DNA of 64,000 nucleotides from Nitrospinaceae bacterium (GTDB lineage Bacteria; Nitrospinota; Nitrospinia; Nitrospinales; Nitrospinaceae): NCBI GenBank assembly GCA_965223665.1, contig OZ245011.1, positions 1,312,001 to 1,376,000 of the forward strand, read 5' to 3'. Shown piece by piece: positions 41,599 to 50,718 of this stretch (position 1 is its first letter; each line of letters starts with the position of its first letter). The notes under the pieces were generated by a model. It saw only the letters and a program-made list of their open reading frames with translations, ran no database searches and was not told where the DNA came from. The position numbers and the translations under genes were made by a program.

Positions 41599-43087
41599 GT
41601 TTATCTTCCTTAATAGGAAATATAATTGTAAAACAAGTTTGCCCTTTTCTAGAAACAAAAATTTGCCCTTGCAGTTGCTCTTCTGATAATTTTTTCACCA
41701 ATCGAAGCCCTAATGTTTGTGTTGTATTAAAATCCCAATCTGGGGATAAACCTACACCGTTATCACTAACTTTAAATTCAACCCTGTTTGATGCAGGGTC
41801 AGTAAGTTTCAAAGAAACTTTAATATCCCCTTTCCGATTGTCTGGGAACGCATGTTTTAAAGCATTTGAAATTAATTCCTGCAAAATCAGACTACAAGGC
41901 ACAATTTTATTAATACCCAATAATAGGGAGTTCGTCTCAATTTGAACGGAAATCTGTTCACTTCTAATTCCATATGCCAAAAGTAAACGACTCACCAAAT
42001 CATTAAAATACTCCCCTAATCCAATTTCCGAAATATTATGGAAATCAAAAATTTTTTCATAAAGTAACGCCATAGATTCGATTCTTTGCGAACATTCTTT
42101 AAAAACCTCAATTGCGTTTACATTAGATGTATGATTTGATTGAAGGCGTAACAAGCTTGAAATAATTTGCAAATTATTTTTGACTCTATGATGGATCTCA
42201 CCGAGAAGAATATCCTTATCCTTTAAGGATCTCTCTAGATTTTCTTGTACGGACTCTCTTTCTACTATTTCTTGATTAAGGTTCTTATTGGCATTAGAAA
42301 GCTTCAAATTTGTATCCGATAATTCTTTTGTTCGAAGTTTTACCTTTTCTTCTAATTGGTTTTTATAATTCTCAAGCTCTTTTCCTCTATTTTCTATTCG
42401 AGTTAGCATTTCATTAAACCCCAAATACAATGTACCAATTTCATCCCTTGTATTGTGTGCCACACGAATCGAAAAATCGTGATTCTTTGATAAGCGCTTT
42501 GTTGTCTCAGCAAGATTTAAAATTGGCTTTGAAATGATTGACTGAAGTTTAATAGAAAACAAAAGAGACAAAAGCATTGCCGTCAGAAAAATAAACAATG
42601 CAAGCAATGAATACGTTTTCAATAAATTTTTGTATTCTATCAGCTTTGCCCGAATCACAATTTCTCCAATATTTTTTGATTTAAGAAATATAGGACTGCG
42701 GATTTCAATATCCTCTTCGAAAAAATTGAAAAACCAGTTCTCATTTTCTTCTTTATATGGAGTTTTTGATTCTAAATTTGATGGGTTAAATTCGACTAAC
42801 AATTCCTTCGACTGGGTATACAAAGCTGCATAATATACCTGAGGCTCCGCCTCTACCGATGAAAGAATTTGAAGAGCCGCATCTTTATCCTCAAAGCGAA
42901 GGGCTGCCTGATTATTATTTCCCACTGCCTCTGCCAAAACTTTTAAATTTCTGACCATGTTGGATTTAAATAGTCTTAAATCGTTTATGGCAAAAATGCT
43001 ACATGTCAATATCAATGTTAAAAAGGAAACTGCTAAAAACATGCAAACCATTTTCCATTTAATTGGCAAATCTAAAATGGAATTCAT
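41579..43087 (-). CDS. Membrane sensor histidine kinase (YfiN-like periplasmic domain, HAMP, HisKA_2)
   Basis: Two TMs flanking a periplasmic domain; HAMP PILNLA..DEIGTL..FNEML; EIHHRVKNNLQ; ELISNALKHAF, DNGVG, TLGLRLV. Confidence 0.92.
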   Translation of the reverse strand: MNSILDLPIKWKMVCMFLAVSFLTLILTCSIFAINDLRLFKSNMVRNLKVLAEAVGNNNQAALRFEDKDAALQILSSVEAEPQVYYAALYTQSKELLVEFNPSNLESKTPYKEENENWFFNFFEEDIEIRSPIFLKSKNIGEIVIRAKLIEYKNLLKTYSLLALFIFLTAMLLSLLFSIKLQSIISKPILNLAETTKRLSKNHDFSIRVAHNTRDEIGTLYLGFNEMLTRIENRGKELENYKNQLEEKVKLRTKELSDTNLKLSNANKNLNQEIVERESVQENLERSLKDKDILLGEIHHRVKNNLQIISSLLRLQSNHTSNVNAIEVFKECSQRIESMALLYEKIFDFHNISEIGLGEYFNDLVSRLLLAYGIRSEQISVQIETNSLLLGINKIVPCSLILQELISNALKHAFPDNRKGDIKVSLKLTDPASNRVEFKVSDNGVGLSPDWDFNTTQTLGLRLVKKLSEEQLQGQIFVSRKGQTCFTIIFPIKEDKHDNKRP

Positions 43088-43665
43088 AGTGGGTTATCCT
43101 TCACAATAATGGCTAAATTAAGAAGAAATGAACTAATTTCTATTCCCTGTCTTTTTAAAGCCATTCGATTGATCTCAAATTTTACTTTATTATTTCTTTC
43201 AATAAAATTAATCCCCGCCCCTAAGGAACCATATCCTTCCGATTCCCCAATAATTAAAGTAGGGTTTCCATTTAATACTTTTAAAATGTGTTGAAAATCA
43301 TCATCATTCTTCCCAGTTACAAATACGATGTCACATTTTTTAAGAACCTTATCCGGAACATTTTCATAAATAATAATATTTTTTTTTAGAATACCTTCAT
43401 CCTTTGCAATTGAAAAAAGGTTTCCAAATTTGTTAGTCCCAATAACGCATAATGCATATTTAGGGAGTTCAGTTTCTTGGTTGGGGGTATTAGGCCATCT
43501 TAAAAAATCAATGAACTTCGATACTAGGCTGGCCTTAATAGTATATTCTCTGTTAACAGGAACGGCTTCTACCAGTTTCTCCATTTGAAGAGAAAAAAAT
43601 AGGAACAGAGAAATTAATTTAATAAAGGAGAAAATATATCCTTTGGATAATTTCGAGGGGTTCAT
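43084..43665 (-). CDS. YfiR/DUF4154-family periplasmic protein
   Basis: EYTIKA..FLRWP, LCVIG, INFIE..KVKFEIN, ISSFLLNLA. Confidence 0.88.
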   Translation of the reverse strand: MNPSKLSKGYIFSFIKLISLFLFFSLQMEKLVEAVPVNREYTIKASLVSKFIDFLRWPNTPNQETELPKYALCVIGTNKFGNLFSIAKDEGILKKNIIIYENVPDKVLKKCDIVFVTGKNDDDFQHILKVLNGNPTLIIGESEGYGSLGAGINFIERNNKVKFEINRMALKRQGIEISSFLLNLAIIVKDNPL

Positions 43666-43689
43666 TGGTAAGCATTATCGTCTTAAATA

Positions 43690-45768
43690 TTAAAACCTCA
43701 TAATTACCTTAGCAAAAAATCCCCTTTGCGTTTCAGACGCCGCTTCGAAACCACCTTGAAATTCCTGGTGACTAGCATCCGTAAGGTTTTGGGCCACTAA
43801 TGAGATATCCAGCTTTTCACAAGGCCTCCACCCCAGTCTTAAATCCAAGCGGTGAAATTCGGGAATGTTTGCTGCTTTATATCGACTAACATAATAATAT
43901 GAGATATCAAATTGAATATGCTTTGTGATATTAAGAAAAGAATTAAGAACAATTCTATTCTTGGGTTCTCCTTCTGCATTGAACGCCGTCGCTATCACAT
44001 TACTATCGGTGACTTTCAATTCAGTGAGAGCCAAAGAGTAGTTTCCAGAAATTCTCCAATTGGAAAGAATTTGCCATTGAATAACCACTTCAAAACCGTA
44101 GACAAATCCATCCAAGGCATTTGCATTTCTGAAATTAAGCCCATCTGGTGTAACAAAATCCACAAGATCTGTATAGTCAAACCAAAATCCGGAAAATTCA
44201 AAAAATAGTTTTGAATTTTTTCGAAATTTGTACCCAAATTCGTAAGCCGTTAGATTTTCAGCTTCCGTTTCTCCATCAACTTCTCTAAAAATAATAGGAG
44301 CAACTCCACCTGTTGAAAAAATATTCAATGTAGCGTCTTCGTCTCTAGGGCTGGGAATCCTAACCGCACGCGAAATCGCCGCCCAAAATGAATGGTTAGG
44401 ATGCGGTGTCCACAATGTACGAATATTTGGTTGCACTTCAAAACCGGAAAATCTATTGTGCTCAAATTTTGAACCAATGATTAAACTCCAGGTTTCCGGG
44501 ACTAATGTAATTTCATCATGTATAAACAATCCAAATAAATTCGAATTTTTCCTGGAAATTCTTAATAAATCCCCACCAAAATCATAGGCCTGAAATTGAT
44601 AATTAAGTCCCCAAGAAAAATTATTTCTTTTTCCAATTAAAAAATCATGCTGGATATCTATGTCAAATTTTTGGATAGTATTTTCAACAATATTTTGAGC
44701 TTCTCGAGAGACAATGTCATAATAAAGTTGAAAAATAAATCTTGAGCCTTTTTCTATTGTTCGCGTCCAGCGGCTTAATATATTTGCTCCTTTTTGAATT
44801 AAACCTGCTTGGACAGGAGCATTCCCCGCAGTATCGGAAATAAAAACGCTTGGATAATTAGTTTCAGAATCTAAATAGTAGGCATCCCCTTGCAGAGTAA
44901 AAAAATCTTGTTTCCTCTCAAAATCTGACCGAAAGCCAATTTGACCCATCTGTTTCTCATCAAAGGCTCGATTTCCATTTGCATCGATACCATCATCGCG
45001 GTCCCTATATTTTCCATAAAATCTATAAGTCAATCCATTTTCCATTTCACCGCCGTGCCTATAGGTAATAAAGGCCTTTTCTTCTGTACCTGCGCCTCCA
45101 GCCACTAGGTTTCCTTGCGTTTTCCTAGAAGTTTTTGTAATAATGTTTATAACTCCAGCCACAGCGTTGGAACCCCAAAGTGCAGCCCCTGGTCCCCGTA
45201 TAACTTCAATTCGATCTACATCTTCCAGCATAACGTCCTGACCAATCCAAAACACGGTAGAAGAACCAGGGCTATAAATAGATCGACCATCGATTAAGAC
45301 TAAAAGTTTGTCGGACCCACTTCTTTGGTTAAAACCTCGAATGGAAATGGTATAGGTATTTTGATTGATTTTCGAAACTTGCATACCCGGCGCAATCCGT
45401 AAAGCCTCCATAAGATTAACAGCACCTACACGCTTAATATCCTTTTGAGTAATCACAAAAACCGCCGAAGCGGTTTTATGCAAGTCTTGTGGCTTTCGAC
45501 TGACTGAAGTGACAGTGATTTCGGTTTCCAATAATTGTCGCATGTCCATTTTCATCAGCTCTAATTGTTCCTCAGTTATTTGTTTCTCACTGCCAAAACC
45601 ATTCAAAGGCATAAAACACATCATTAGAAAACTAAGAGAACAAAGATAAAAAACTAAACTCATTTCCAAATTAAATTGGCAAAGAAACTTAGGTAAAGTT
45701 GAATTTGGTAAAAATGACCACTTCTTGACAATCAAACTCAATAGGCTTCGAAAAAATTTTTTATCCAT
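43690..45768 (-). CDS. TonB-dependent receptor (plug + barrel)
   Basis: SVSRK..ASAVFVIT, LLVLIDGRSIY, DRIEVIRGPGAALWGSNAVAGVINIITK, RLDLRLGW, terminal Phe; true start may be ~45663. Confidence 0.92.
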   Translation of the reverse strand: MDKKFFRSLLSLIVKKWSFLPNSTLPKFLCQFNLEMSLVFYLCSLSFLMMCFMPLNGFGSEKQITEEQLELMKMDMRQLLETEITVTSVSRKPQDLHKTASAVFVITQKDIKRVGAVNLMEALRIAPGMQVSKINQNTYTISIRGFNQRSGSDKLLVLIDGRSIYSPGSSTVFWIGQDVMLEDVDRIEVIRGPGAALWGSNAVAGVINIITKTSRKTQGNLVAGGAGTEEKAFITYRHGGEMENGLTYRFYGKYRDRDDGIDANGNRAFDEKQMGQIGFRSDFERKQDFFTLQGDAYYLDSETNYPSVFISDTAGNAPVQAGLIQKGANILSRWTRTIEKGSRFIFQLYYDIVSREAQNIVENTIQKFDIDIQHDFLIGKRNNFSWGLNYQFQAYDFGGDLLRISRKNSNLFGLFIHDEITLVPETWSLIIGSKFEHNRFSGFEVQPNIRTLWTPHPNHSFWAAISRAVRIPSPRDEDATLNIFSTGGVAPIIFREVDGETEAENLTAYEFGYKFRKNSKLFFEFSGFWFDYTDLVDFVTPDGLNFRNANALDGFVYGFEVVIQWQILSNWRISGNYSLALTELKVTDSNVIATAFNAEGEPKNRIVLNSFLNITKHIQFDISYYYVSRYKAANIPEFHRLDLRLGWRPCEKLDISLVAQNLTDASHQEFQGGFEAASETQRGFFAKVIMRF

Positions 45769-45845
45769 GGAAATTCCGATCCGCCCTACACCTTTTAAGC
45801 TAATCCATTATATTTGACATGCTAAAATATTTGGCAAAAAAAATA

Positions 45846-45874
45846 TGGACTTTAGAATAAAAATGCGGTATGTT
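45846..45874 (+). promoter_or_regulatory. Candidate sigma70 promoter for the RiPP operon
   Basis: TGGACT, 17-nt spacer, TATGTT, about 50 nt before the precursor ATG. Confidence 0.3.
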
Positions 45875-45926
45875 GGCACAAAATTTTGGAATGCAAAATA
45901 AATTAATTTAGTTTAGGGGGGTTATT

Positions 45927-46160
45927 ATGCACTCAAAAATGCAAAATGCAATTATGGAAATTTTGGGGAATGTTAATTATCGAGAAAATTTAGCTGAAGA
46001 CCCAGGCAAAATTCAAAAAGATTTTGATTTAAATGAAAAGGAATTCCAGGCTTTAAACTCGAAAGTAAGCATAGGCCCAAGAGTTGTAACTGACCATGAA
46101 GTCAGCTCTTGTGTTTGTATTTGTTGCACTGCATCAGTAATTCAATTAGCAACAAAATAA
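45927..46160 (+). CDS. RiPP precursor peptide (NHLP-clan-like leader, Cys/Ser/Thr-rich core)
   Basis: G6 RBS; leader YRENLAEDP...FDLNEKEFQAL; all four Cys lie in SSCVCICCTAS; first gene of a YcaO operon. Confidence 0.85.
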   Translation: MHSKMQNAIMEILGNVNYRENLAEDPGKIQKDFDLNEKEFQALNSKVSIGPRVVTDHEVSSCVCICCTASVIQLATK

Positions 46161-46195
46161 ATTCATAGGTATGGATATTTTGGGGGGCATTTCAA

Positions 46196-47227
46196 ATGGA
46201 GAGGAGTTTAACCTCTTTAACAGTTGAATATGCAAATACCTCCCTGCCAAAGAATCCATTTCTGGCTCCTTGGCTTCATTGCATTGATTTTGGTGATGGG
46301 CGATTACAATTTCGTGGATCACAGTTCTCTTTCACACTATCTCATCCTCTATTTGTAAACACCTTCTTAAAAATTCGTGATCTGCTAAATGGTGACCATC
46401 AAATTGAGGAAATAGCTTCTTCTGGAGGAGAAGCTATTCTCCCGACTACTATAATTTTTGTTCTCAAAATATTGCGAGCTAATGGTATTCTTCATGAGTT
46501 CCATCCATTTTTTACTTCCTTCAACAATTTAGAAAAACGCCGAGCCGTTTTTCTCTCCCAGGTTTTACAAGACCCTGGGCATTCCATTGAAGTATTTTCT
46601 CAATCTCGAATTGGGCTGATTGGAGATTCTTCTCTTATTGATGAAGTCCGAGAATCTTTAGGCTCGATAGGAATAAATGAAATTTTCCTCCCAAGTTTTG
46701 AGTCTCTGAAAAAAACAGTAGAGACAGAGAAATTAGATTTTTTAATTGTTTGCAAAGAATCTCCCAGCTTCTCTTTTTATGAAAAAATAAATTCAAAATG
46801 CCTTGATTTGGGTATCCGCTGGATGCATGTAACCATGGATGGAACTTCAGCATTAATTGGTCCTACAATTGTTCCCTTTCAAACCGCGTGCTATAAATGT
46901 TTCACTACGCGCATTGAATTTTTGGTGCCTGATTTGGAAGGCTATGTTGCCTTCAAAAAGGAGCAAAATCAAACATCGAGAGATAACGGATATTTCTCTG
47001 CTTTAGGAAAGACTGTAGGTAGTCAAGTCGCTATGGAAATAGCCCGTATTTATTTAGGTTTTTCGCCTCCTAAAACATTTGGGCGCTATTATCAGTTTAA
47101 TATCAATGATATGGAGTCAGTTGGGCATTCGATTCTTCGTTTTCCAAGATGCTCCGCTTGCTATAACAAAAAATCTCCTTTGGACATTTGGGATTCCAGC
47201 ATTTCCGCCCAATGGACAAATATTTAG
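46196..47227 (+). CDS. TOMM leader-binding E1/ThiF-like cyclodehydratase partner with N-terminal RRE-like region
   Basis: IGPTIVPFQTACYKC and HSILRFPRCSAC zinc motifs; LLNGDHQIEEI winged-helix-like N-terminus. Confidence 0.88.
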   Translation: MERSLTSLTVEYANTSLPKNPFLAPWLHCIDFGDGRLQFRGSQFSFTLSHPLFVNTFLKIRDLLNGDHQIEEIASSGGEAILPTTIIFVLKILRANGILHEFHPFFTSFNNLEKRRAVFLSQVLQDPGHSIEVFSQSRIGLIGDSSLIDEVRESLGSIGINEIFLPSFESLKKTVETEKLDFLIVCKESPSFSFYEKINSKCLDLGIRWMHVTMDGTSALIGPTIVPFQTACYKCFTTRIEFLVPDLEGYVAFKKEQNQTSRDNGYFSALGKTVGSQVAMEIARIYLGFSPPKTFGRYYQFNINDMESVGHSILRFPRCSACYNKKSPLDIWDSSISAQWTNI

Positions 47228-47239
47228 TTTTAAGGAGAA

Positions 47240-48613
47240 TTGACTTTGCCATGCTCGAATCTTTCATTACGAAAGTTAAAAAAAAGTCCTGAAGTTCCTC
47301 TAGAAGAGTGCCTGGAAAGAGCTAAGAGATTAGTAAGCGATAAAGTTGGAATTATCTCCAAAGCAGAAATATTGAGTCTTCCCCCAGGAGAACCGGCGGT
47401 GTTTCATGCTAGAACAGTTCCTGCTGACATCTCAAGTGCCACTGGATACAAGACCATGAATTTTGGATCGGCTATTTCTACCAACGAAGATATAGCTATC
47501 ATAAAAGCGGTAGGGGAAAGTGTTGAACGCTATTGCTCGTCGTTTATTGATGAAAATAATTTGGTCCGAGCCACGCAAAAAGAATTAAAGGGTAAAAGTA
47601 TTGACCTTGAGAAATGGGTCCTTTTTAGTGAAAAACAATATGCACAACCTAATTTCAAATACCCTAAAATTAATTCAGATACCTCTCTCTATTGGACGCA
47701 AGGTTTTTCCATTTCGCAAGATTACCCAATATGGATTCCAGCTTCACTAGTTTATATGCCCTATTTATACCGTAAAGACGAACCAATTTTTCACAATCAA
47801 ATTTCGACCGGATTAGCCTGTGGCGTCAATTTAGCCTCTGCTATTTATAGAGGTATCCTAGAAGTAGTGGAAAGAGACGCTTTCATGATTGTCTGGCACA
47901 ATCGGCTCAATTGTCCTTCTCTTGATACATCAAACATAGAGGATTCCTATGTGCGATCTTTACTTGATGTATTAGACCAAGCCCCAGTTGAATACTATAT
48001 AAAAGTCTTAACCTTAGATATTGAAGTAACCACGTTACTAGTTCTTGTCTCGAATAAAAATGGATGTCCTCCCCATACCGTCATAGGCATGGCAGTAGAC
48101 TTGGACCCTTTAAAAGCCTTAGGAAGAGCCTTGGAAGAAGGGATTTTAGTTTATTTGGGATTAACCAGGTACCAGCGAGAAAATCCCGTTTACGAAAGAG
48201 ACCCAGAGTACAAACAAGTGGTCACACCCGCAAAACACGGCATCATTCACGCCATGGAACCAGAACTATTGGAAACAGTACAATTCTTGAAAGAAAACCG
48301 AAATATTATGACCCTTAAAGATTTGCCGAACTATCACAATGTCGATCCCGTAGATGCTTGCAAACTGATTGTGGAACTTTTACAAAAAAAAGATTTGGAA
48401 ACACATGTTGCAGACTTAACCACTGTGGATATTGATGACGTTGGCTTTAAAGTCATAAGGGCTATCATTCCAGGAATGCAGCCTTTGGACCTGGATCATG
48501 CTTATCCCTATTTAGGAGGAAAACGTATTTATGAGGTTCCCTTTAAGTTGGGACTCACTCCAAAACCTTTAAAGGAGAATGAGGTTAATCGCGATCCTCA
48601 TCCCTTTCCATAA
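47240..48613 (+). CDS. YcaO cyclodehydratase (azoline-forming type)
   Basis: KAVGESVERY, STGLACG, EVVERDA ATP-binding motifs; C-terminal PHPFP; AAGGAG RBS (TTG at 47246 may be the true start). Confidence 0.95.
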   Translation: MTLPCSNLSLRKLKKSPEVPLEECLERAKRLVSDKVGIISKAEILSLPPGEPAVFHARTVPADISSATGYKTMNFGSAISTNEDIAIIKAVGESVERYCSSFIDENNLVRATQKELKGKSIDLEKWVLFSEKQYAQPNFKYPKINSDTSLYWTQGFSISQDYPIWIPASLVYMPYLYRKDEPIFHNQISTGLACGVNLASAIYRGILEVVERDAFMIVWHNRLNCPSLDTSNIEDSYVRSLLDVLDQAPVEYYIKVLTLDIEVTTLLVLVSNKNGCPPHTVIGMAVDLDPLKALGRALEEGILVYLGLTRYQRENPVYERDPEYKQVVTPAKHGIIHAMEPELLETVQFLKENRNIMTLKDLPNYHNVDPVDACKLIVELLQKKDLETHVADLTTVDIDDVGFKVIRAIIPGMQPLDLDHAYPYLGGKRIYEVPFKLGLTPKPLKENEVNRDPHPFP

Positions 48614-48629
48614 ATTGCAAGGAGGCATC

Positions 48630-49448
48630 ATGGGTAAAATTGTTCAAGATCACCTTCATTTGAATAGTCAAAGGCAGACCCAAGATTATTCGATTAGCGA
48701 AATATATAACGAGAATTCCAAATTACACCCCTCCACAATTCACGCGGTCCTGCCAGCCACAGAATATTCTAAAGAAGAATTGCAAGCCATGATTAAGGGC
48801 TATAAGCAGTACCCTCACGCAAAGAAAATTAAACTCCTAACCCCCAAGCAAGATAGAAAAACATTTTGGGAAGTGATTGAATCCAGAAGATCCATTAAAA
48901 CTTTTGGAGATGAAGCATTGAACTTTGAACAGCTTTCTATAATTCTTTGGCAAAGTTATGGAACTACGGGGGAGATAGATGAACCAGGAGTGGGAAAACG
49001 GCTAAAAAGAGTGGTTCCTTCAGCCGGAGGTCTCTATCCGGGGGAAATTTATCTGGGAGTCCGAAATGTTTCAGGGTTAGACCCAGGAGTTTATCATTAC
49101 AATGTACCTAATCACGAATTAGAGTTGCTCTCCTCAGGAGATCCGACCCAAAGTTTGCATAAAATTTGCTGCCAACAAGATTTTGCCCAAGAAGCTGGAG
49201 TTGTAATAATGATGTCAGCAGTTCTAGAGAGAACAAAGAGAAAATATGGAGAACGAGGATATCGATATGTATTGCTTGATCTGGGTCATCTTGGACAAAA
49301 TATTTATTTGTCATGTACAGCACAACAGTTAGCTGTGGTAACCACCTGCGGATTTTATGATGATTTAGGAAATGATTTTCTCAAACTTGATGGGTTAAAT
49401 GAGTCCCTGATGTATATAGCCTTTATAGGAAAAAATAAGGAACTCTAA
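48630..49448 (+). CDS. SagB/ThcOx-family FMN azoline dehydrogenase
   Basis: RRSIK, PSAGGLYP, GVYHY, KYGERGYRY (Lys-Tyr motif), GHLGQN; GGAGG RBS before ATG 48630. Confidence 0.93.
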   Translation: MGKIVQDHLHLNSQRQTQDYSISEIYNENSKLHPSTIHAVLPATEYSKEELQAMIKGYKQYPHAKKIKLLTPKQDRKTFWEVIESRRSIKTFGDEALNFEQLSIILWQSYGTTGEIDEPGVGKRLKRVVPSAGGLYPGEIYLGVRNVSGLDPGVYHYNVPNHELELLSSGDPTQSLHKICCQQDFAQEAGVVIMMSAVLERTKRKYGERGYRYVLLDLGHLGQNIYLSCTAQQLAVVTTCGFYDDLGNDFLKLDGLNESLMYIAFIGKNKEL

Positions 49449-49518
49449 ATCACCATTAATACTTCAATATCATACGATTTAAAACATTTATTGGAATGTA
49501 AAATCTCAAAGCATAAAA

Positions 49519-50709
49519 TTATTTATTATTTACGGTTTGATATCTTTCTTGCCTCAATGTCTCTAAAGAATAAAAAGTGTCTCGCCAATATATCCCACCC
49601 TGTTTCCACGTTTTAAAACTGGAAATTAAAATTGCATACATTTCTAAAATCACAGCAATAGGAAATAGAAAGTGGTGAAACCATCGTATTTCAAAATGAG
49701 TACCTAAGTAACCATACAATCCATGCATACCCAGCAAAGAACTTAAATATCCAAAAGCCTCAACCTCAGGAAACAAAAATAAACCTGCATAGGGTAATAA
49801 ATATAGGACGATAAACATAAATAGCCCGAAAAACATTTTCCCCCATGAATATTCAAAAGAAGCAAACATATTTTTCTCGACACCTTTTAAAGTCGGCTTC
49901 ACGCCATCGTACCATCTAAGCGACAAAGAATTTGTAGCAAAAAGGATTTCTTGTTTTAATCCTTCCTCCTTTATCCTTTTACCTAAAATAAAATCATCTA
50001 AAACGTCCATTTTAAAAGAACGGTGCCCCCCGATAGCCTTATAAGATGAAGTCTTTACTAAGTTAAAAGCCCCAATTCCATAATAACTATATTTTCCATC
50101 TGCAATATGCTCTTGAGTTTTGACGTAAAGAAGAAGGCCAAACAAAAAAAATGTTTTAAAAACCCTATCTAATCCTCCACGACTAAGACCTGCTGGAACT
50201 AAGCACAAATGATCTATCTCAGAATTCAACAAATAATTTACGGATTTATTCAAACTACCTGGTCGAAAATGAACATCTCCATCGGTAAAGAGCAAATAGT
50301 CTCCCCTAGCTGCATCAGCCCCTGTTTGCATCGCGTAATTTTTACCCATCCAATGATTTGGCAAATTAGATATATGGACTGGTTTAACGCGATTATCTTT
50401 CATTCCCCACTGATCAATAATAGAACCAGTATCATCAGAAGAACGATCATCCACTGCTATGATTTCAATATTGGGGTATTGGGTATTCAGGAGAGATTGA
50501 ATTGTATTTCCAATATCATTAGCTTCATTCCTTGCGGGGACTATTACTGACAACAAAGGAAAACCCGCTTCAGGAGAATGGGGTTTAGCCAATTTTTCAA
50601 GATGACCATTGCGAATCAGGGGGACCAAACGCAGAATGGCATGGAACCACAAAAAAAATAATATCCAGCCTAGCCAGATCATTTTTTTAAACGAAAATTG
50701 TGAATTCAA
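49519..50709 (-). CDS. Membrane GT2 glycosyltransferase (HpnB/CrtQ-like)
   Basis: VIVPARNE, VDDRSSDDT, WMGKNYA, FTDGD, DDFILG, C-terminal TMs, GGIYWRD. Confidence 0.85.
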   Translation of the reverse strand: MNSQFSFKKMIWLGWILFFLWFHAILRLVPLIRNGHLEKLAKPHSPEAGFPLLSVIVPARNEANDIGNTIQSLLNTQYPNIEIIAVDDRSSDDTGSIIDQWGMKDNRVKPVHISNLPNHWMGKNYAMQTGADAARGDYLLFTDGDVHFRPGSLNKSVNYLLNSEIDHLCLVPAGLSRGGLDRVFKTFFLFGLLLYVKTQEHIADGKYSYYGIGAFNLVKTSSYKAIGGHRSFKMDVLDDFILGKRIKEEGLKQEILFATNSLSLRWYDGVKPTLKGVEKNMFASFEYSWGKMFFGLFMFIVLYLLPYAGLFLFPEVEAFGYLSSLLGMHGLYGYLGTHFEIRWFHHFLFPIAVILEMYAILISSFKTWKQGGIYWRDTFYSLETLRQERYQTVNNK

Positions 50710-50718
50710 GAATCAGGT

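Noticed and set aside
43445-43470. dif-like sequence ACGCATAATGCATATT
   Set aside because: The XerD arm (TTATGTTAAAT) is missing and the site lies inside the YfiR CDS
45873-45890. Sigma54 promoter TTGGCAC upstream of the precursor
   Set aside because: No GC at the required GG-N10-GC position
49519-50709. GT2 as a RiPP tailoring glycosyltransferase
   Set aside because: Opposite strand, last gene of the rsmD-mnmA-suhB run, and a membrane lipid-type GT; no evidence linking it to the peptide
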